DNA of 64,000 nt from Nitrospirota bacterium (lineage in GTDB: Bacteria > Nitrospirota > UBA9217): contig CAVTRN010000002.1 of the NCBI GenBank assembly GCA_963737155.1, forward strand, positions 640,001 to 704,000, in the 5' to 3' direction. Positions 1 to 11,036 of the stretch are shown piece by piece; the stretch's first letter is position 1; every line of letters begins with the position of its first letter. Under the pieces are notes generated by a model. That model had not been told where the DNA came from and ran no database searches. It saw only the letters and a list, made by a program, of their open reading frames with translations. Both the position numbers and the translations under genes were made by a program.

Positions 1-2363
1 AACGTTCGGAGGATCGCAGGCAAAGAAAACTCCGAAAAGCGAGCGGGTCTTATTCGCTTCGATGAAGGACTCCACCGTATAGACCAGTCCGGCCTGCTCG
101 CGCAGATCATGATACAGCCGGGAGGCGTAAAATGCTCCCGACAATACATGATTGCCAAGCACAAGTTTGTAATAGTCGGGGGAGGAGCGCGTGATACCCA
201 TCGTCTCGGCCAGCGTTACCTGGTCCTGGATCTGCTCGCATCGGGCACCGTGTCCGTGGAGGGCTTGTTGGACGGTACGGGGGCGAGATCCGTTTCCGGC
301 TTGCTGCCGTGCGACTGCCATAAACCAAGATACTTTTCAACAATGTTCCTTGCTTGCTCGGGAGTTGTCTGACCGATGACAACAATCGTTGTCAGGTCGG
401 GGCGAAACACGGTATCATAATAAGACCTGAGGTCTTTTAAGGAAAGCTTGCCTACCGTCTCGGGCAAAGCCTGACGGAGGGATGGATCATTTTTGGGATA
501 GAGCGCTTCACGCATTGCGCGTCGTGAAAGATAGGAAGGGCTTTTTAGCAGACCGGGCAACGAGCTTACTTTTTGCTGCCGCAGGATTTCGAACGCGGGA
601 TCGGGTAGCGCAGGATTCAGCAGATTGTCGGCAAGAAGCTCTATGCCGCGGTCAAAGTGTTCGGAGAGAACCTTAACCGAAAAACTCGTGCCTGCTGAGA
701 TGGTTGCTCCGATGTCATCTTGTGCCTTCTGAAATGCCAGCCTGTCCAGGGACGTTGTGCCGTAAGAGAACAGGCTTTGCAGGAGTTCGGCGACCCCTTC
801 CTTACCCGCGGGCTCTTCAAGCTCCGGTTTGTTCTTGATTCGGCCCATGACCGTTATCGTCGGGCTCACGTTTTCCGGTTGAACGATCAAGCGGATACCA
901 TTGGGCAATGTATAGAGCGTGGGTTTGACTTTGGAAATCGGGACGCCGGGCAATGATTCAACTTTCCTTGCCCAAACAGGAAGTTTGGCTTGAGTGGTCC
1001 CCGTCGGGGCAAACGATTCATTGCCGCCAAACCCGCTTGTTGACACTGGTTTTCCCGAAGGGCTAGGTGTAAGTACGGCGGTAATAGCAGCATCATTTAC
1101 AAGGTATTCTTTGAGAACGCGGTTCACGTCTGCCACGGTTACTTTTTTGATCGCCACGATATCGTCATCCGGAGAGGAACGGCCCTCCACGGCAAGCGCC
1201 TGAGACCAAACCGCAGCGAGCCCGGAAATGGAGTTGGACTGAAATTCGACTTCCGTAATCTCATGGCGCTTTGACGCCTCAACAATGTCGGCTGGGACGC
1301 CGTTTTTCACGTAATCGGACACTATATTTTTTATTGTGGCGACTAGTGCGGAACCATCTCCTCCGGAGGGAAACGCTGCTGTGGCGTATCCGAACGATGC
1401 CTTTGGCAGTGACCCGCCATCGAATCCGGTAAAGAGCGCCTTGCCTTCGGTAACCAGCGTATAGAGGCTTCCCCTGCTACTGTCCAGAACATCAGCAAGG
1501 ATCTGGCCAGCGGCATAGTCAGGGCTGTCGTAGCCGGGCAGACGGAATGCCACGATGGCAAGCCCGTAGGGAAGGTCAGTATCGAGCTTGATCTCAGTTG
1601 GCTTGAGTGCCTCGAGATGAATCTGCGGGCGCGCTGGCAAATGTTTAGAAGGGATCGATTCGTACAGTTCCTTCACCATTTTCATGGTCTTGGCCGGATC
1701 AACATCGCCTGTAATAATAAGAATGGCATTGTTCGGTGCATACCACGTATCATAGAAATTCTTGAGCATCGCACCGGTCGTCTTGTCGAACGAAGGGCGC
1801 GTTCCCAGGGCATCATGGGCATAGGGCGTATTGCTGAACATGTCCTCCAGAAGCCGTATGGAAAAAACGTACTCGGGACTCGAAAGGTCCCGCGCCACCT
1901 CCTGCTCGATTGCTCCTCGTTCTTTCGCCCAAAGCTCTTCTGAGTCGAGGACGCCGCGCATGCGCACCGCTTCCACGTGCAGGGCAATATCAAGGTCCTC
2001 CTTGGGTACCGTAAGGAAATACTGGGTTACGGTCTGCTGCGTGTCTGCGTTGAATTCGCCTCCCATCAAGGCGGTAACGTTTGCAAGCTGGGCGGCAGAC
2101 ATCCCCGGGTTGCCGCGAAACATCATATGCTCCTGGGCATGAGCCATTCCCGGAAACCCATCGGGCGCTTCATCCGAACCCACGAGATAGTTCACTTCAG
2201 TGGTGACTACGGGCGCCAGGTCATTCGGCACGATTACCACCCGCAGACCGTTCGCAAGAGTCGCGCGGACAACATCAACGGCTGCGGTTGCCCGCGTCGG
2301 CGTCGGCAAAAGCAGAAACCATACGGCTGCGCCCCATAGGAAAGTTGCTTTCCAATTATGCAT
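1..2363 (-). pseudogene. Exported M16 family zinc peptidase (PqqL/insulinase-like), frameshifted at about 230; C-terminus runs off the window start
   Basis: Signal peptide (MHNWKATFLWGAAVWFLLLPTPTRATA) after an AGAAAGGA RBS; inverted zinc motif HAQEH; two LxNG-RxxI M16 halves. The ORF stops at 216 (…VPDASRSRTR*), but another frame continues with no stop to base 1 as QDQVTLAETMGITRSSPDYYKLVLGNHVLSGAFYASRLYHDLREQAGLVY, a typical M16 C-terminus. Confidence 0.85.
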
Positions 2364-2433
2364 ATGAATTCCTTTCTGTTTGATTTCATCCCTGTCCATC
2401 TTCAAGAGGAAGAAAGGACGAGAGCCTCATTTC

Positions 2434-3894
2434 TTACTGCTGTATCGTGAGATAGACCGACCCGCCGCCCCGGTAGACCAACAGGAGGACCGTGTCGTGC
2501 CTGCCGATCTTCGAAACGATCTCCTCGTATTCCTGCACGCTCCGGATGGATTTGCGGTCCACTTCCTGGATCACATCGTTCGCCTGCAGCAATCCTTGGG
2601 CCGGACTGTCCGACCCGACTTCGGTGACCACGACCCCGACGATACCTTCCGACAGGTCCAGCTTGTCCCGCAGGCTCGGAGTGAGCTCCTGGACCGTGAC
2701 TCCCTTAAGCGCATTCTCGTACTCCGTCTTCTTTACTATTTGTTTTTCTTTATACTCGCCGAGTGTTGCCGTAATCGACTGTTCCTTCCCGTTCCTGATG
2801 ATCTTGAAATCTACCCGTGTTCCTGGCGCCCTGTCTGCGACCATATTGCGAAGGCTCGTAACATCGGGAATCTTTTTACCGTTCATTTCAGTGATAAGAT
2901 CGCCCCGCTTGAAGCCCGCCTTGTCCGCGGGACTGTCGTTTTCGACGCCTGTTATCAGGGCGCCTTCCGTCTCCTTGATCCCCAATGATTTAGCAAGCTC
3001 GGGTGTAAGGTCCTGAATGCTTACGCCTAGCCAGCCGCGGATCACCTTGCCGTATTTGATGATGCTGTCCATGACCGTTTTCGCCATGTCTGACGGGATG
3101 GAGAACCCGACCCCCATGTAACCGCCACTGGTCGAAAAAATCGCCGTATTGATTCCCACAAGCTCCCCGCTGCCGTTTACCAGCGCTCCGCCGGAGTTGC
3201 CCGGGTTGATCGCCGCATCGGTCTGGATGAAATCCTCGAAATCGGCCAGCCCGATGTTCGAGCGGCCCACTGCGCTCACGATCCCCATGGTAATGGTCTG
3301 GTTCAGGCCAAAGGGATTGCCGACCGCCAGCACGATATCGCCGGTTTTCAGTTTGCCGGAATCACCAAACGAAAGGGTCGGCAGATCTTTCGCATTGATC
3401 TTGATCACAGCAAGGTCCGTTCGCGGATCAGTGCCGACGACCTTGCCCTTGAATTCACGCTTGTCATAGAGGATGACCTTGATCTCTTCCGCACCCTTTA
3501 CTACGTGATTGTTCGTCAGGATGTAACCATTTTCAGATACAATTACCCCGGAGCCGAGGGCCGATGATTTAAATTTCCGCTTCTGCCCCGGTTGGCCAAA
3601 CTGGTCGCCGAAAAAATGTCTAAAGAGGGGGTCGTTGAACATGTCGCCGAAGGGGTTGTCCTCCATGGTCTCGATCGAGGTCGTTGATATGTTCACGACC
3701 GCAGGGCGTACCGCCTCAGCGACCTCAGACAGGGCTTCGCTCAGCCTGCTGAGCGTTTTTATAGATTCCTGCGATATGACCTTTTCCCTGGCCGACACAA
3801 CGCCAACCGCGGAAAAACTTCCTGTTAGAAAAATCGCTACTGATAAAGCAAGAGAGTTGCGTAGGAGTGTAGTATATTTCTTCTTCACAAACAT
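2434..3894 (-). CDS. degP: Do/DegP-DegQ (HtrA) periplasmic serine endoprotease with two PDZ domains
   Basis: Signal peptide; TNNHV (His), DLAVIK (Asp), INPGNSGG (Ser); two C-terminal PDZ domains (SPADKAG, SPAQGLL). Confidence 0.95.
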   Translation of the reverse strand: MFVKKKYTTLLRNSLALSVAIFLTGSFSAVGVVSAREKVISQESIKTLSRLSEALSEVAEAVRPAVVNISTTSIETMEDNPFGDMFNDPLFRHFFGDQFGQPGQKRKFKSSALGSGVIVSENGYILTNNHVVKGAEEIKVILYDKREFKGKVVGTDPRTDLAVIKINAKDLPTLSFGDSGKLKTGDIVLAVGNPFGLNQTITMGIVSAVGRSNIGLADFEDFIQTDAAINPGNSGGALVNGSGELVGINTAIFSTSGGYMGVGFSIPSDMAKTVMDSIIKYGKVIRGWLGVSIQDLTPELAKSLGIKETEGALITGVENDSPADKAGFKRGDLITEMNGKKIPDVTSLRNMVADRAPGTRVDFKIIRNGKEQSITATLGEYKEKQIVKKTEYENALKGVTVQELTPSLRDKLDLSEGIVGVVVTEVGSDSPAQGLLQANDVIQEVDRKSIRSVQEYEEIVSKIGRHDTVLLLVYRGGGSVYLTIQQ

Positions 3895-4017
3895 TGATAG
3901 CCTCCCGATGAGATGTTCTTTCGGATTAAAGAATCTGTTTTTAAGTATACTACATAAAAATCTGAAAGGAGGGCTTGCTACACAGGAAAGCCATCATGGT
4001 TGCAGGTGCAGGATTTA

Positions 4018-4033
4018 TGCAACTTAAGTTGCA
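4018..4033. promoter_or_regulatory. Perfect 16-bp palindrome upstream of degP, possible operator
   Basis: TGCAACTTAAGTTGCA, about 125 bp upstream of the degP start; function not established. Confidence 0.25.
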
Positions 4034-4312
4034 GAGCTTATGCTTAAAATATAAATTTTGTATTGAAGTTTAGCAATACTCAGCATCCTAGAATTTAGCC
4101 GCAAAAATTCTGCGCCATTCCCCCGGAACGCGGATTCCCCTTTCTTGACGACGCTTCCTATACTGGCCATAGCTTCCAATCGTCCGGCTAAAGTCCGCTT
4201 TGAACGGGATATAATTAAGAGCTAGCCGCTTTATGAACTTTGTTCGGTAGATTTTGGAGGTCGTCGAGGTTTGAGCCTTCCTTGCCTTGGTGCACAAGGC
4301 ACACTGTGAGGC

Positions 4313-5290
4313 TCAATATTTAGCAGGATTTTTCGTTCCCGTCACTATGACCGTTTCCCCAAGTGCCTTTGTTCTGATGCCCTTGAATCCCGCCTTCGTG
4401 AGCCATCCTCTTATTTCCTGGACCGTATAGGACCGGCCGGTTGCGGTATTTACGAGCATATTTACGGAGAACAGAGCAGCTGGAACAGGATGGGCCCGGT
4501 CCTTTTCGAGCAGAAATTCATGGATAACGATCCGGCCCGCCGGTCTCATGGCATCTCGTGACTTCTCAATGAGCGCCAGGCTTTCATCGGCCGAGAGAGA
4601 ATGAACAATTTGACTGATGAAGACAAGATCGTACCCGCTGCCGAAATTATCGGTATGAAAATCTCCGACCGCGTAATTAATATTTTTAAAACCGTGTTCG
4701 CCTACGATCTCCTTCGCGATGGCTATTGCTTCCGGAAGATCAAACACGGTGACTTCGATTTTATTCCGGGCAAGTTCCATGCTATACGTTCCCGGGCCGC
4801 CGCCTAGATCGAGCGCGCGCCTGACTCCCTTGAGGTCGATGGCCGATATGACTCCTTTCGCCCGAAATATTGCATTGTTATGCATGGCCCTGATAAAAGA
4901 GTTGTAATCACGCCCTCCTGAACGGTTCGGCAAGCCGGTTCTTACGACTTCGTCCAGGCCGGACCAGCTCTTCCAAAGACTGTCGGCATGGCGCAACATG
5001 TCCCCCTGATACAGAGGGCTGCCCTTTACCAGGAACTTTCTAGCCGTCTCGGTGTTGCGATAGGCATCACCCGATTTTTTGAGCAGCCCCACTGCGCATA
5101 TGGCATCGAGCAAGATCTCCATGGCCCGCGGATCAGCGCTTAGAATGCGAGCTATATCCTTGGCGGTCTTCGGAGCCTTCAAATGATCGAATATCCGGTA
5201 ATTGTTGGCAGTGAGAACCACGCGGGAAGCCCTGAACCCTCCCCAAAGATTAGTAAACTCCTCAATTTGCTTTGTAAGTTTCTTACTCAT
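4313..5290 (-). CDS. SAM-dependent O-methyltransferase (Methyltransf_2 with N-terminal dimerisation domain)
   Basis: LDLGGGPG SAM motif, VFDLP, GDFH and SQIVH motifs; winged-helix-like N-terminus. Confidence 0.85.
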   Translation of the reverse strand: MSKKLTKQIEEFTNLWGGFRASRVVLTANNYRIFDHLKAPKTAKDIARILSADPRAMEILLDAICAVGLLKKSGDAYRNTETARKFLVKGSPLYQGDMLRHADSLWKSWSGLDEVVRTGLPNRSGGRDYNSFIRAMHNNAIFRAKGVISAIDLKGVRRALDLGGGPGTYSMELARNKIEVTVFDLPEAIAIAKEIVGEHGFKNINYAVGDFHTDNFGSGYDLVFISQIVHSLSADESLALIEKSRDAMRPAGRIVIHEFLLEKDRAHPVPAALFSVNMLVNTATGRSYTVQEIRGWLTKAGFKGIRTKALGETVIVTGTKNPAKY

Positions 5291-5512
5291 AATGCTTCCC
5301 CCTTCCCGGCCCTATGTACGAGTTCATCATAGGGAAAAAGGCTGTGAAAGTCAAATGCGACAAAGGGAACGTTAGAGAGCTCCGGCTATCACGCGAAATG
5401 GCTCACGATATAGATATACTCATTCGAATATTGAATTTTATATTTTTGGGCTCATAAAATATCGTTACAGGAACGATACCCTGAACAGAAGAGTTAATTT
5501 GCTTAACTGACA

Positions 5513-5688
5513 ACTGTCAGGACATCGTGGACACGGATAAACCGCCGCAACATCGAGGCATTATGCTGGTTTCCCACTTGACCATGTAATGATCAAAGTC
5601 TTTCTCCTAATGCGGATGCAATTAAAATCGTCTCTCTGAATTTCGAGCAACCTCACTTAAAAGAAAGCGTCCACGATGTCCTGACAGT
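5513..5688. mobile_element. MITE-like non-autonomous element bounded by perfect 20-bp inverted repeats
   Basis: ACTGTCAGGACATCGTGGAC (5513-5532) and its exact reverse complement GTCCACGATGTCCTGACAGT (5669-5688); no transposase inside; IR resembles IS3/IS481-type ends. Confidence 0.7.
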
Positions 5689-5840
5689 AAAAACGGTCCA
5701 CTATCTTGTTGTTGCCTCGCTGAATCTAGGCAACGCTTTACCAGAGTTTCTCGTGATTGCCGGAATGCGAAATTCCTGCTCACTATAGAATTCTCGCGTA
5801 TCTGTTATACTTTAATTGAGACCTTTGATTTGGACATTGT

Positions 5841-6902
5841 ATGAATAAACTATCTTTTATTTTGATCACCATTACGTTTCTGTTTTGTCTTTCAACAGAT
5901 GCTCAGGAGTGGCGGGATGTTGCTCCCGGCGATTCCGTAACGTTGCCAAAGGACCTTTACGTTCGGAACGGATATCGCACTCAATGGTGGTATTTCTCGG
6001 GCCATCTGTACGACGCGCATGGGAGGGAATTCGGGTATGAACTCACGTTCTTTATCGCAGGCGTTCAAAAGAGAAAATATAAATCGAAATTTGGCGTGGA
6101 CACGATCTATCTCTCTCACTTCGCAATCTCCGATATCGAAGGAAAAAAATTTTATCATTCCAGCAATGCTGATTCCGGGGCATACAGTTTCGCAGGAGCG
6201 GACAGCGCAAAGCTGCATGTATGGATAGACAAGGACGGATTGGAAGGAAATTTGAAAAGGATGCACATTACGGCACACGCAAACAAGTCGGATCTTGATC
6301 TCGTCCTCTTGCCAAGAAAGCCTTTTGTCTTGAACGGCGACAGGGGGTATTCCCGGAAATCCGAAGAATCGCCGCTTATCGCGTCACTCTACGTTTCCTG
6401 CACTGACTTGGAAACAACAGGGACCTTGAAACTGGGCACTATTCTTTTCCCAGTGACAGGCAAGAGCTGGTTTGACCGGGAGATCTCGTCACAAGGCCTG
6501 GCGAAGAACGAGGTTGGGTGGGACTGGTTTGCGGTGCAGCTCGATGACGGACAAGAGATCATGCTGTACGTTATAAGAAAAAAAGACGGGTCACTTGACC
6601 GATACTCCTCCGGGACACTGGTAGATACTGAGGGCAACTTCAGGCATCTTGAAAAGGGTGATTACCGGATTGAGGTTATCAGATCGTATTCTTCGGAAAA
6701 GACCAATATTCGCTATCCTTCGAAATGGGAAATTACGATTCCACGGGAAAAAATGCGGCTCGTTGTCACCCCCTTGATGGAAGACCAGGAATTTACGGGA
6801 GGACTGATGAGAGGGAATTCATACTGGGAAGGTACATGCAAGGTTGAAGGCAGCGCGCAAGGACGGGCGTATGTGGAATTGACGGGATATGAAAAGAATT
6901 GA
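5841..6902 (+). CDS. Secreted lipocalin-like protein, AttH/CrtC (carotenoid 1,2-hydratase-like) family
   Basis: Signal peptide; QWWYFSG, SWFDREIS, GWDWFAVQLDDG, YPSKW, YWEG and YVELTGY motifs; upstream of an ABC ATPase/permease pair as in AttEFGH loci. Confidence 0.85.
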   Translation: MNKLSFILITITFLFCLSTDAQEWRDVAPGDSVTLPKDLYVRNGYRTQWWYFSGHLYDAHGREFGYELTFFIAGVQKRKYKSKFGVDTIYLSHFAISDIEGKKFYHSSNADSGAYSFAGADSAKLHVWIDKDGLEGNLKRMHITAHANKSDLDLVLLPRKPFVLNGDRGYSRKSEESPLIASLYVSCTDLETTGTLKLGTILFPVTGKSWFDREISSQGLAKNEVGWDWFAVQLDDGQEIMLYVIRKKDGSLDRYSSGTLVDTEGNFRHLEKGDYRIEVIRSYSSEKTNIRYPSKWEITIPREKMRLVVTPLMEDQEFTGGLMRGNSYWEGTCKVEGSAQGRAYVELTGYEKN

Positions 6903-6906
6903 ATCT

Positions 6907-7038
6907 GCCATGGGGAGACACGGAAGCGCAGAGGAAATCCAGTACATTGGGCACTGAAAGGCCATGCCAATAATTATCTTTCTCTCCGCGTCTCTGCTAG
7001 CACTCGTGTTTCGGCAACGGCAGGGTGTGTCCCTGTGG
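6907..7038. repeat. Degenerate intergenic inverted-repeat element (GAGACACGGA/CGCAGAG … CTCCGCGTCTCTG/TCCCTGTGG type)
   Basis: Imperfect complementary arms between the lipocalin and ATPase genes; resembles dispersed REP-like repeats. Confidence 0.3.
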
Positions 7039-7076
7039 TGTATTTCATTGCTAAACTCTATGTTTGATGAGGATAT

Positions 7077-7724
7077 ATGATTCAGCTTGAAAATGTCGAA
7101 AAATATTACGGTGCCAGGGCCGTATTCCGCGGGATCAACCTTGTTGTGGACAGCGGAGAGTTCGTTGCAATCATGGGCAGTTCAGGCTCAGGGAAGTCCA
7201 CGCTCCTGAACCTTATCGGAGGCATGGATGTTTTGGACCAGGGCAGGATCATAGTGGACAGAGACATCGTCTCATCGTATACCGAAGAAGAGCTCACGGT
7301 CTACCGGAGACAAAAGATTGGTTTCATATTCCAGTTCTTCAACCTTCTGCCGAATTTAACGGTCTCTGAAAATATCGAGATGCCGCTTCTCCTGAACAAC
7401 GAAGAGCATAAGGAAGTCAGGGTAGCGGAATATTTGCGAATGGTCGGTCTCGAAGGAAGAGAGAACGACTATCCCTCTGCCCTCTCGGGAGGGGAGCAGC
7501 AGCGGGTAGCCATTGCCCGGGCGCTCATTCACGAGCCTGGAATCATTCTTGCCGACGAGCCCACGGGCAATTTGGACAGTAAGACTGGTGGGTCAATAAT
7601 GCAGTTGATACAAATGGCAGCCGCACGAGACAGAAAGACCATTGTACTGGTAACCCATAACCAGGCCATAGCGGAATCTGCTGCCAGAATCATCAGGATA
7701 CGGGACGGGGCGCTGTTACCATGA
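7077..7724 (+). CDS. ABC transporter ATP-binding protein (LolD/MacB/AttE type)
   Basis: Walker [18 protein letters not shown] signature, [14 protein letters not shown]. Confidence 0.95.
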   Translation: MIQLENVEKYYGARAVFRGINLVVDSGEFVAIMGSSGSGKSTLLNLIGGMDVLDQGRIIVDRDIVSSYTEEELTVYRRQKIGFIFQFFNLLPNLTVSENIEMPLLLNNEEHKEVRVAEYLRMVGLEGRENDYPSALSGGEQQRVAIARALIHEPGIILADEPTGNLDSKTGGSIMQLIQMAAARDRKTIVLVTHNQAIAESAARIIRIRDGALLP

Positions 7725-10246
7725 GATTTGCGAAACTATTGAAACGAATCGTACTCAGAAGCGTGAAAGAAGAACGGTTCCTTACCGCGCTGTCCGTTGT
7801 CGGCATAGCACTCGGCATTGGCCTTTTCTTGGGAGTAAATGTTGCGACGGAGAAGGCATTAGGGTCATTTGAAACAAACATCAGAGGAATCAATCCAACG
7901 TTCAACTACGAGGTCGTGGCCTCTTCGGGGATTGATTTCCCCGAGGAAGTGTATAAGTCCGTCAAGGCAATCGAGAACAACAGCTTGCCGATCTTGGCTG
8001 TAAACGCCTCTCTCTCTGCCTGGAATGAAACAATCAATATTGAGGGAATCTATACAATAAAGGCTCTCGCACTGACCGGTTTGTCCGGAGAACAAAAAGT
8101 CGATATTGAGGATTTTATCAAAAACCTGAACGGCCTGATCATAACAAGTGAATTCGGCCGAGTGCACAATCTCAAAAAGGGAGACTCCCTCAGCGCCTAC
8201 GTTTACAATAAGGAATACCGCCTGCTGATCGTGGATATGATCAGCGATCCTTTAGTCCCGGAGAACAGGGTATTTATGGACCTCGGGAATTTTCAGGAGT
8301 ATTTTCATAAAACCGGTTCACTCACCAGAATCGACTTGAGTGCGGATGCAAAAGAGGCAGCGGAGATCGCACGGGTCATTCCTCCAGGGCTTATTATTGA
8401 GAATAAAGAGCAGATCGTCCAGAACCAGAAGGCGCTCGTTAACGGTTTTCGGCTCAATTTGCGATTCGTCACGTTTCTTGCCGTACTTGTGGGAGTTTTT
8501 CTCCTATATAATACCATTTTTATCTCCGTTGTTAAACAAAGGGCGGAGATCGGCATTCTGCGTGGGCTCGGCATGGACAGAAAAACCGTTGTCGCCCTTT
8601 TCTCAATTCAGGGCTTGTTGCTCGGCTTCTTCGGCTCGATGCTCGGCATCGCCTTCGGACAGCTCTTTGCATGGTTTTCCATCCTGGCAGTGGAGAAGAC
8701 AATCACCCGTTTCTATCAAAGCGTCGCAATCTCCGATTTTTTCATAACGGGAAAAGATATGCTCTTGACTCTGCTCTTGGGCCTCGGTGTATCCTTTCTC
8801 GCCTCAATCATGCCTGCGTTAGAATCAGCCAACGTGAGACCGAACGAAAGCTCGCGGGAAGGTACGTTCGAGCAATCCTATAAAAGCCGGCAGAAGTATC
8901 TTTCAGTCATTGGCGCCATCGCAATCCTGTGTGGGGCACTTATCATCTACGCTGACTACCGATTCGTCCCGTTTCCTTTCCCGTGGTTGTCATATGCGGG
9001 GATAGTTCTATTTATAGGAGGCTGCACGCTGAACGCGCCGGCATACCTGGGGGCAAGTCTGGAAGCATTTCGGAGACCGTTCTACAAAGTGTTCAAAGCG
9101 AGCGCACGCTTGGCAATCGGAGACACAAAGGGAAGCCGCTACCGGTTCTCGATCGCGCTCATGAGCGTTGCTGTAAGCTCCGCCTTGATTGTTGCAATCG
9201 TTACGTCGGTTCATTCGCTGAAAACCTCTTTCATCGATTGGATCAACACTTACATTGTTGCCGATGTTTACATAAGTCCCGCATCCTGTGCGTCGAATTT
9301 CTGTTTTTCACCCCTCGCTGATGAAATCGTAAAGTCCGTGGAGGCCCTTCCGGGCGTGGAACATGTCGGAAAATATCGCGCAGTCCATCTTGATTTTCTT
9401 GGCCAAAAGGTTGTCGCAGGGTTCGGGAATTCGGAACTTCTCTGGAAGTACCGGCCTCATATCAAGCCGGAAGAAAAAGACCGGCTGCAGAGGCTTGCGC
9501 GATACCGGGAGATATCAGTCTCCGATTACCTGAAGGTAAAATACGGTTTAAAACGAGGGGACGTAGTACATCTCCAGACGCCAAAAGGTGAAGTCGATTT
9601 CACCATCAACAATACTTCAATCAGTTATTCGACGATGTCCGGCTTCATCTATATGGACAGGAGATGGCTCAAGGAATATTGGGGACTCGATGATGCGACA
9701 CAGCTCAGTGTGTACCTCGCGAAGGGACAGTCCGCCGTCAAATTCAAGCAGCAACTCGAGCATGCGATCGGCAACACCCACACACTCGATGTATCGGACA
9801 ACAATGAACTCAGGCAGGCCGTGCTCGGGATCTTCGACAAGAGCTTCGCGCTCACCTATACCATAGAGCTGATTGCTATCGTCATCTCCCTTATCGGCGT
9901 GGTGAATGCCCTTCTCATCCTCGTATTCGAGCGGAAACGGGAGATTTCTATATTGCGGTACCTCGGAGCGACGTGGCAACAAATCAGGCAGGTCATGGTC
10001 CTGTCAGCGGGTATCATAGGAATAGCAGGAATTGCGCTCGGCTTCCTAATGGGGTTCGTCATCAGCATCGTGATCACGCACGTGATCAATAGAGTCTCAT
10101 TCGGATGGGAAGTAAGCGTCCGAATGCCGGTTCTCACTGTTTTTCTGCTTATGACGCTGCTGCTCGTAACGACGCTCTCCGCCGGCCTTGTGCCTTCCTA
10201 CTTTGCTAGAAAAATTGACCCGAAAGCCTTCATCAGTTACGAATGA
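7721..10246 (+). CDS. ABC transporter permease with duplicated MacB/FtsX domains (AttF/G-like)
   Basis: Two repeats of TM-periplasmic domain-FtsX ([25 protein letters not shown]); ATGA overlap with the ATPase. Confidence 0.9.
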   Translation: MRFAKLLKRIVLRSVKEERFLTALSVVGIALGIGLFLGVNVATEKALGSFETNIRGINPTFNYEVVASSGIDFPEEVYKSVKAIENNSLPILAVNASLSAWNETINIEGIYTIKALALTGLSGEQKVDIEDFIKNLNGLIITSEFGRVHNLKKGDSLSAYVYNKEYRLLIVDMISDPLVPENRVFMDLGNFQEYFHKTGSLTRIDLSADAKEAAEIARVIPPGLIIENKEQIVQNQKALVNGFRLNLRFVTFLAVLVGVFLLYNTIFISVVKQRAEIGILRGLGMDRKTVVALFSIQGLLLGFFGSMLGIAFGQLFAWFSILAVEKTITRFYQSVAISDFFITGKDMLLTLLLGLGVSFLASIMPALESANVRPNESSREGTFEQSYKSRQKYLSVIGAIAILCGALIIYADYRFVPFPFPWLSYAGIVLFIGGCTLNAPAYLGASLEAFRRPFYKVFKASARLAIGDTKGSRYRFSIALMSVAVSSALIVAIVTSVHSLKTSFIDWINTYIVADVYISPASCASNFCFSPLADEIVKSVEALPGVEHVGKYRAVHLDFLGQKVVAGFGNSELLWKYRPHIKPEEKDRLQRLARYREISVSDYLKVKYGLKRGDVVHLQTPKGEVDFTINNTSISYSTMSGFIYMDRRWLKEYWGLDDATQLSVYLAKGQSAVKFKQQLEHAIGNTHTLDVSDNNELRQAVLGIFDKSFALTYTIELIAIVISLIGVVNALLILVFERKREISILRYLGATWQQIRQVMVLSAGIIGIAGIALGFLMGFVISIVITHVINRVSFGWEVSVRMPVLTVFLLMTLLLVTTLSAGLVPSYFARKIDPKAFISYE

Positions 10247-10533
10247 CCGCATAAGGCATGGTTATTCCAGTTTCTCATTTTACTGCATTCTTAAAGAATG
10301 ATGGATGAGCATTGACCTGTCAAAAACGGGATTCACAAGCATCGATGTTGCTGCCCCGGCCGTCGACCTCTAAACTATCACGGTATGGGATAAATGCGCG
10401 TCACACGTCACGTCATGAAATAACGTATGCGGTTCAGGCCCGGCCGTTGCGACGTCCACCAGCTCGCATGCAATCGAAATTAGTCGAAACTACTCGTTAT
10501 TTCGAGGTGAGACTTAAAATCGCATTGATTTCG

Positions 10534-10938
10534 TCATAGATTAGACACATTCGTTCCTAACAAGCTGTCCAGAACGCTCTCTAAATTTTCCCTGAATTTG
10601 GCAAGGTCTGTTACCTTGTGCAGGAAATTGTCTGCCCCTGCCTTGATGGCTGCATGTTCGTCCGATTGCAGAATGGAATGTGTGACTATGACCACCGGAA
10701 TGCTGCCGAAATTCTTGTCGCCGCGTATCTTTCGTAGGACCTCGATGCCGTCCATCCCGGGCATCTTGAGGTCGAGAAGGATCAGGTTTGGAGGGGGGGC
10801 CCCCTGCAGGAGCGCGAGGCCAGCTTCTCCGCTCGAAGCAACCTCTGTTCTGAAACCTCGTGCGATTTTCGAGAGTGCCATTTTCGTCAACAGGACATCG
10901 TCTTCGTTGTCGTCAACTATGAGGATTGTTGGTTGCAT
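10534..10938 (-). CDS. Single-domain response regulator (Rcp1/CheY-like)
   Basis: ILIVDDNEDD, LLDLKMPGMDG (phospho-Asp), IPVVIVT, FLHK; directly downstream of a histidine kinase. Confidence 0.9.
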   Translation of the reverse strand: MQPTILIVDDNEDDVLLTKMALSKIARGFRTEVASSGEAGLALLQGAPPPNLILLDLKMPGMDGIEVLRKIRGDKNFGSIPVVIVTHSILQSDEHAAIKAGADNFLHKVTDLAKFRENLESVLDSLLGTNVSNL

Positions 10939-11036
10939 GATAATCTCCGATTAATGTGAACTCTGTTAACGAGAACTGTTGACAGGTCATGAAACACTGG
11001 CGTCACAATCGTCCCTCATCAGTCAGTCCTTTTTCT

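Noticed and set aside
10400-10470. Integron attC-like site
   Set aside because: Only a partial GTTA-type end; no convincing paired boxes, cassette array or integrase.
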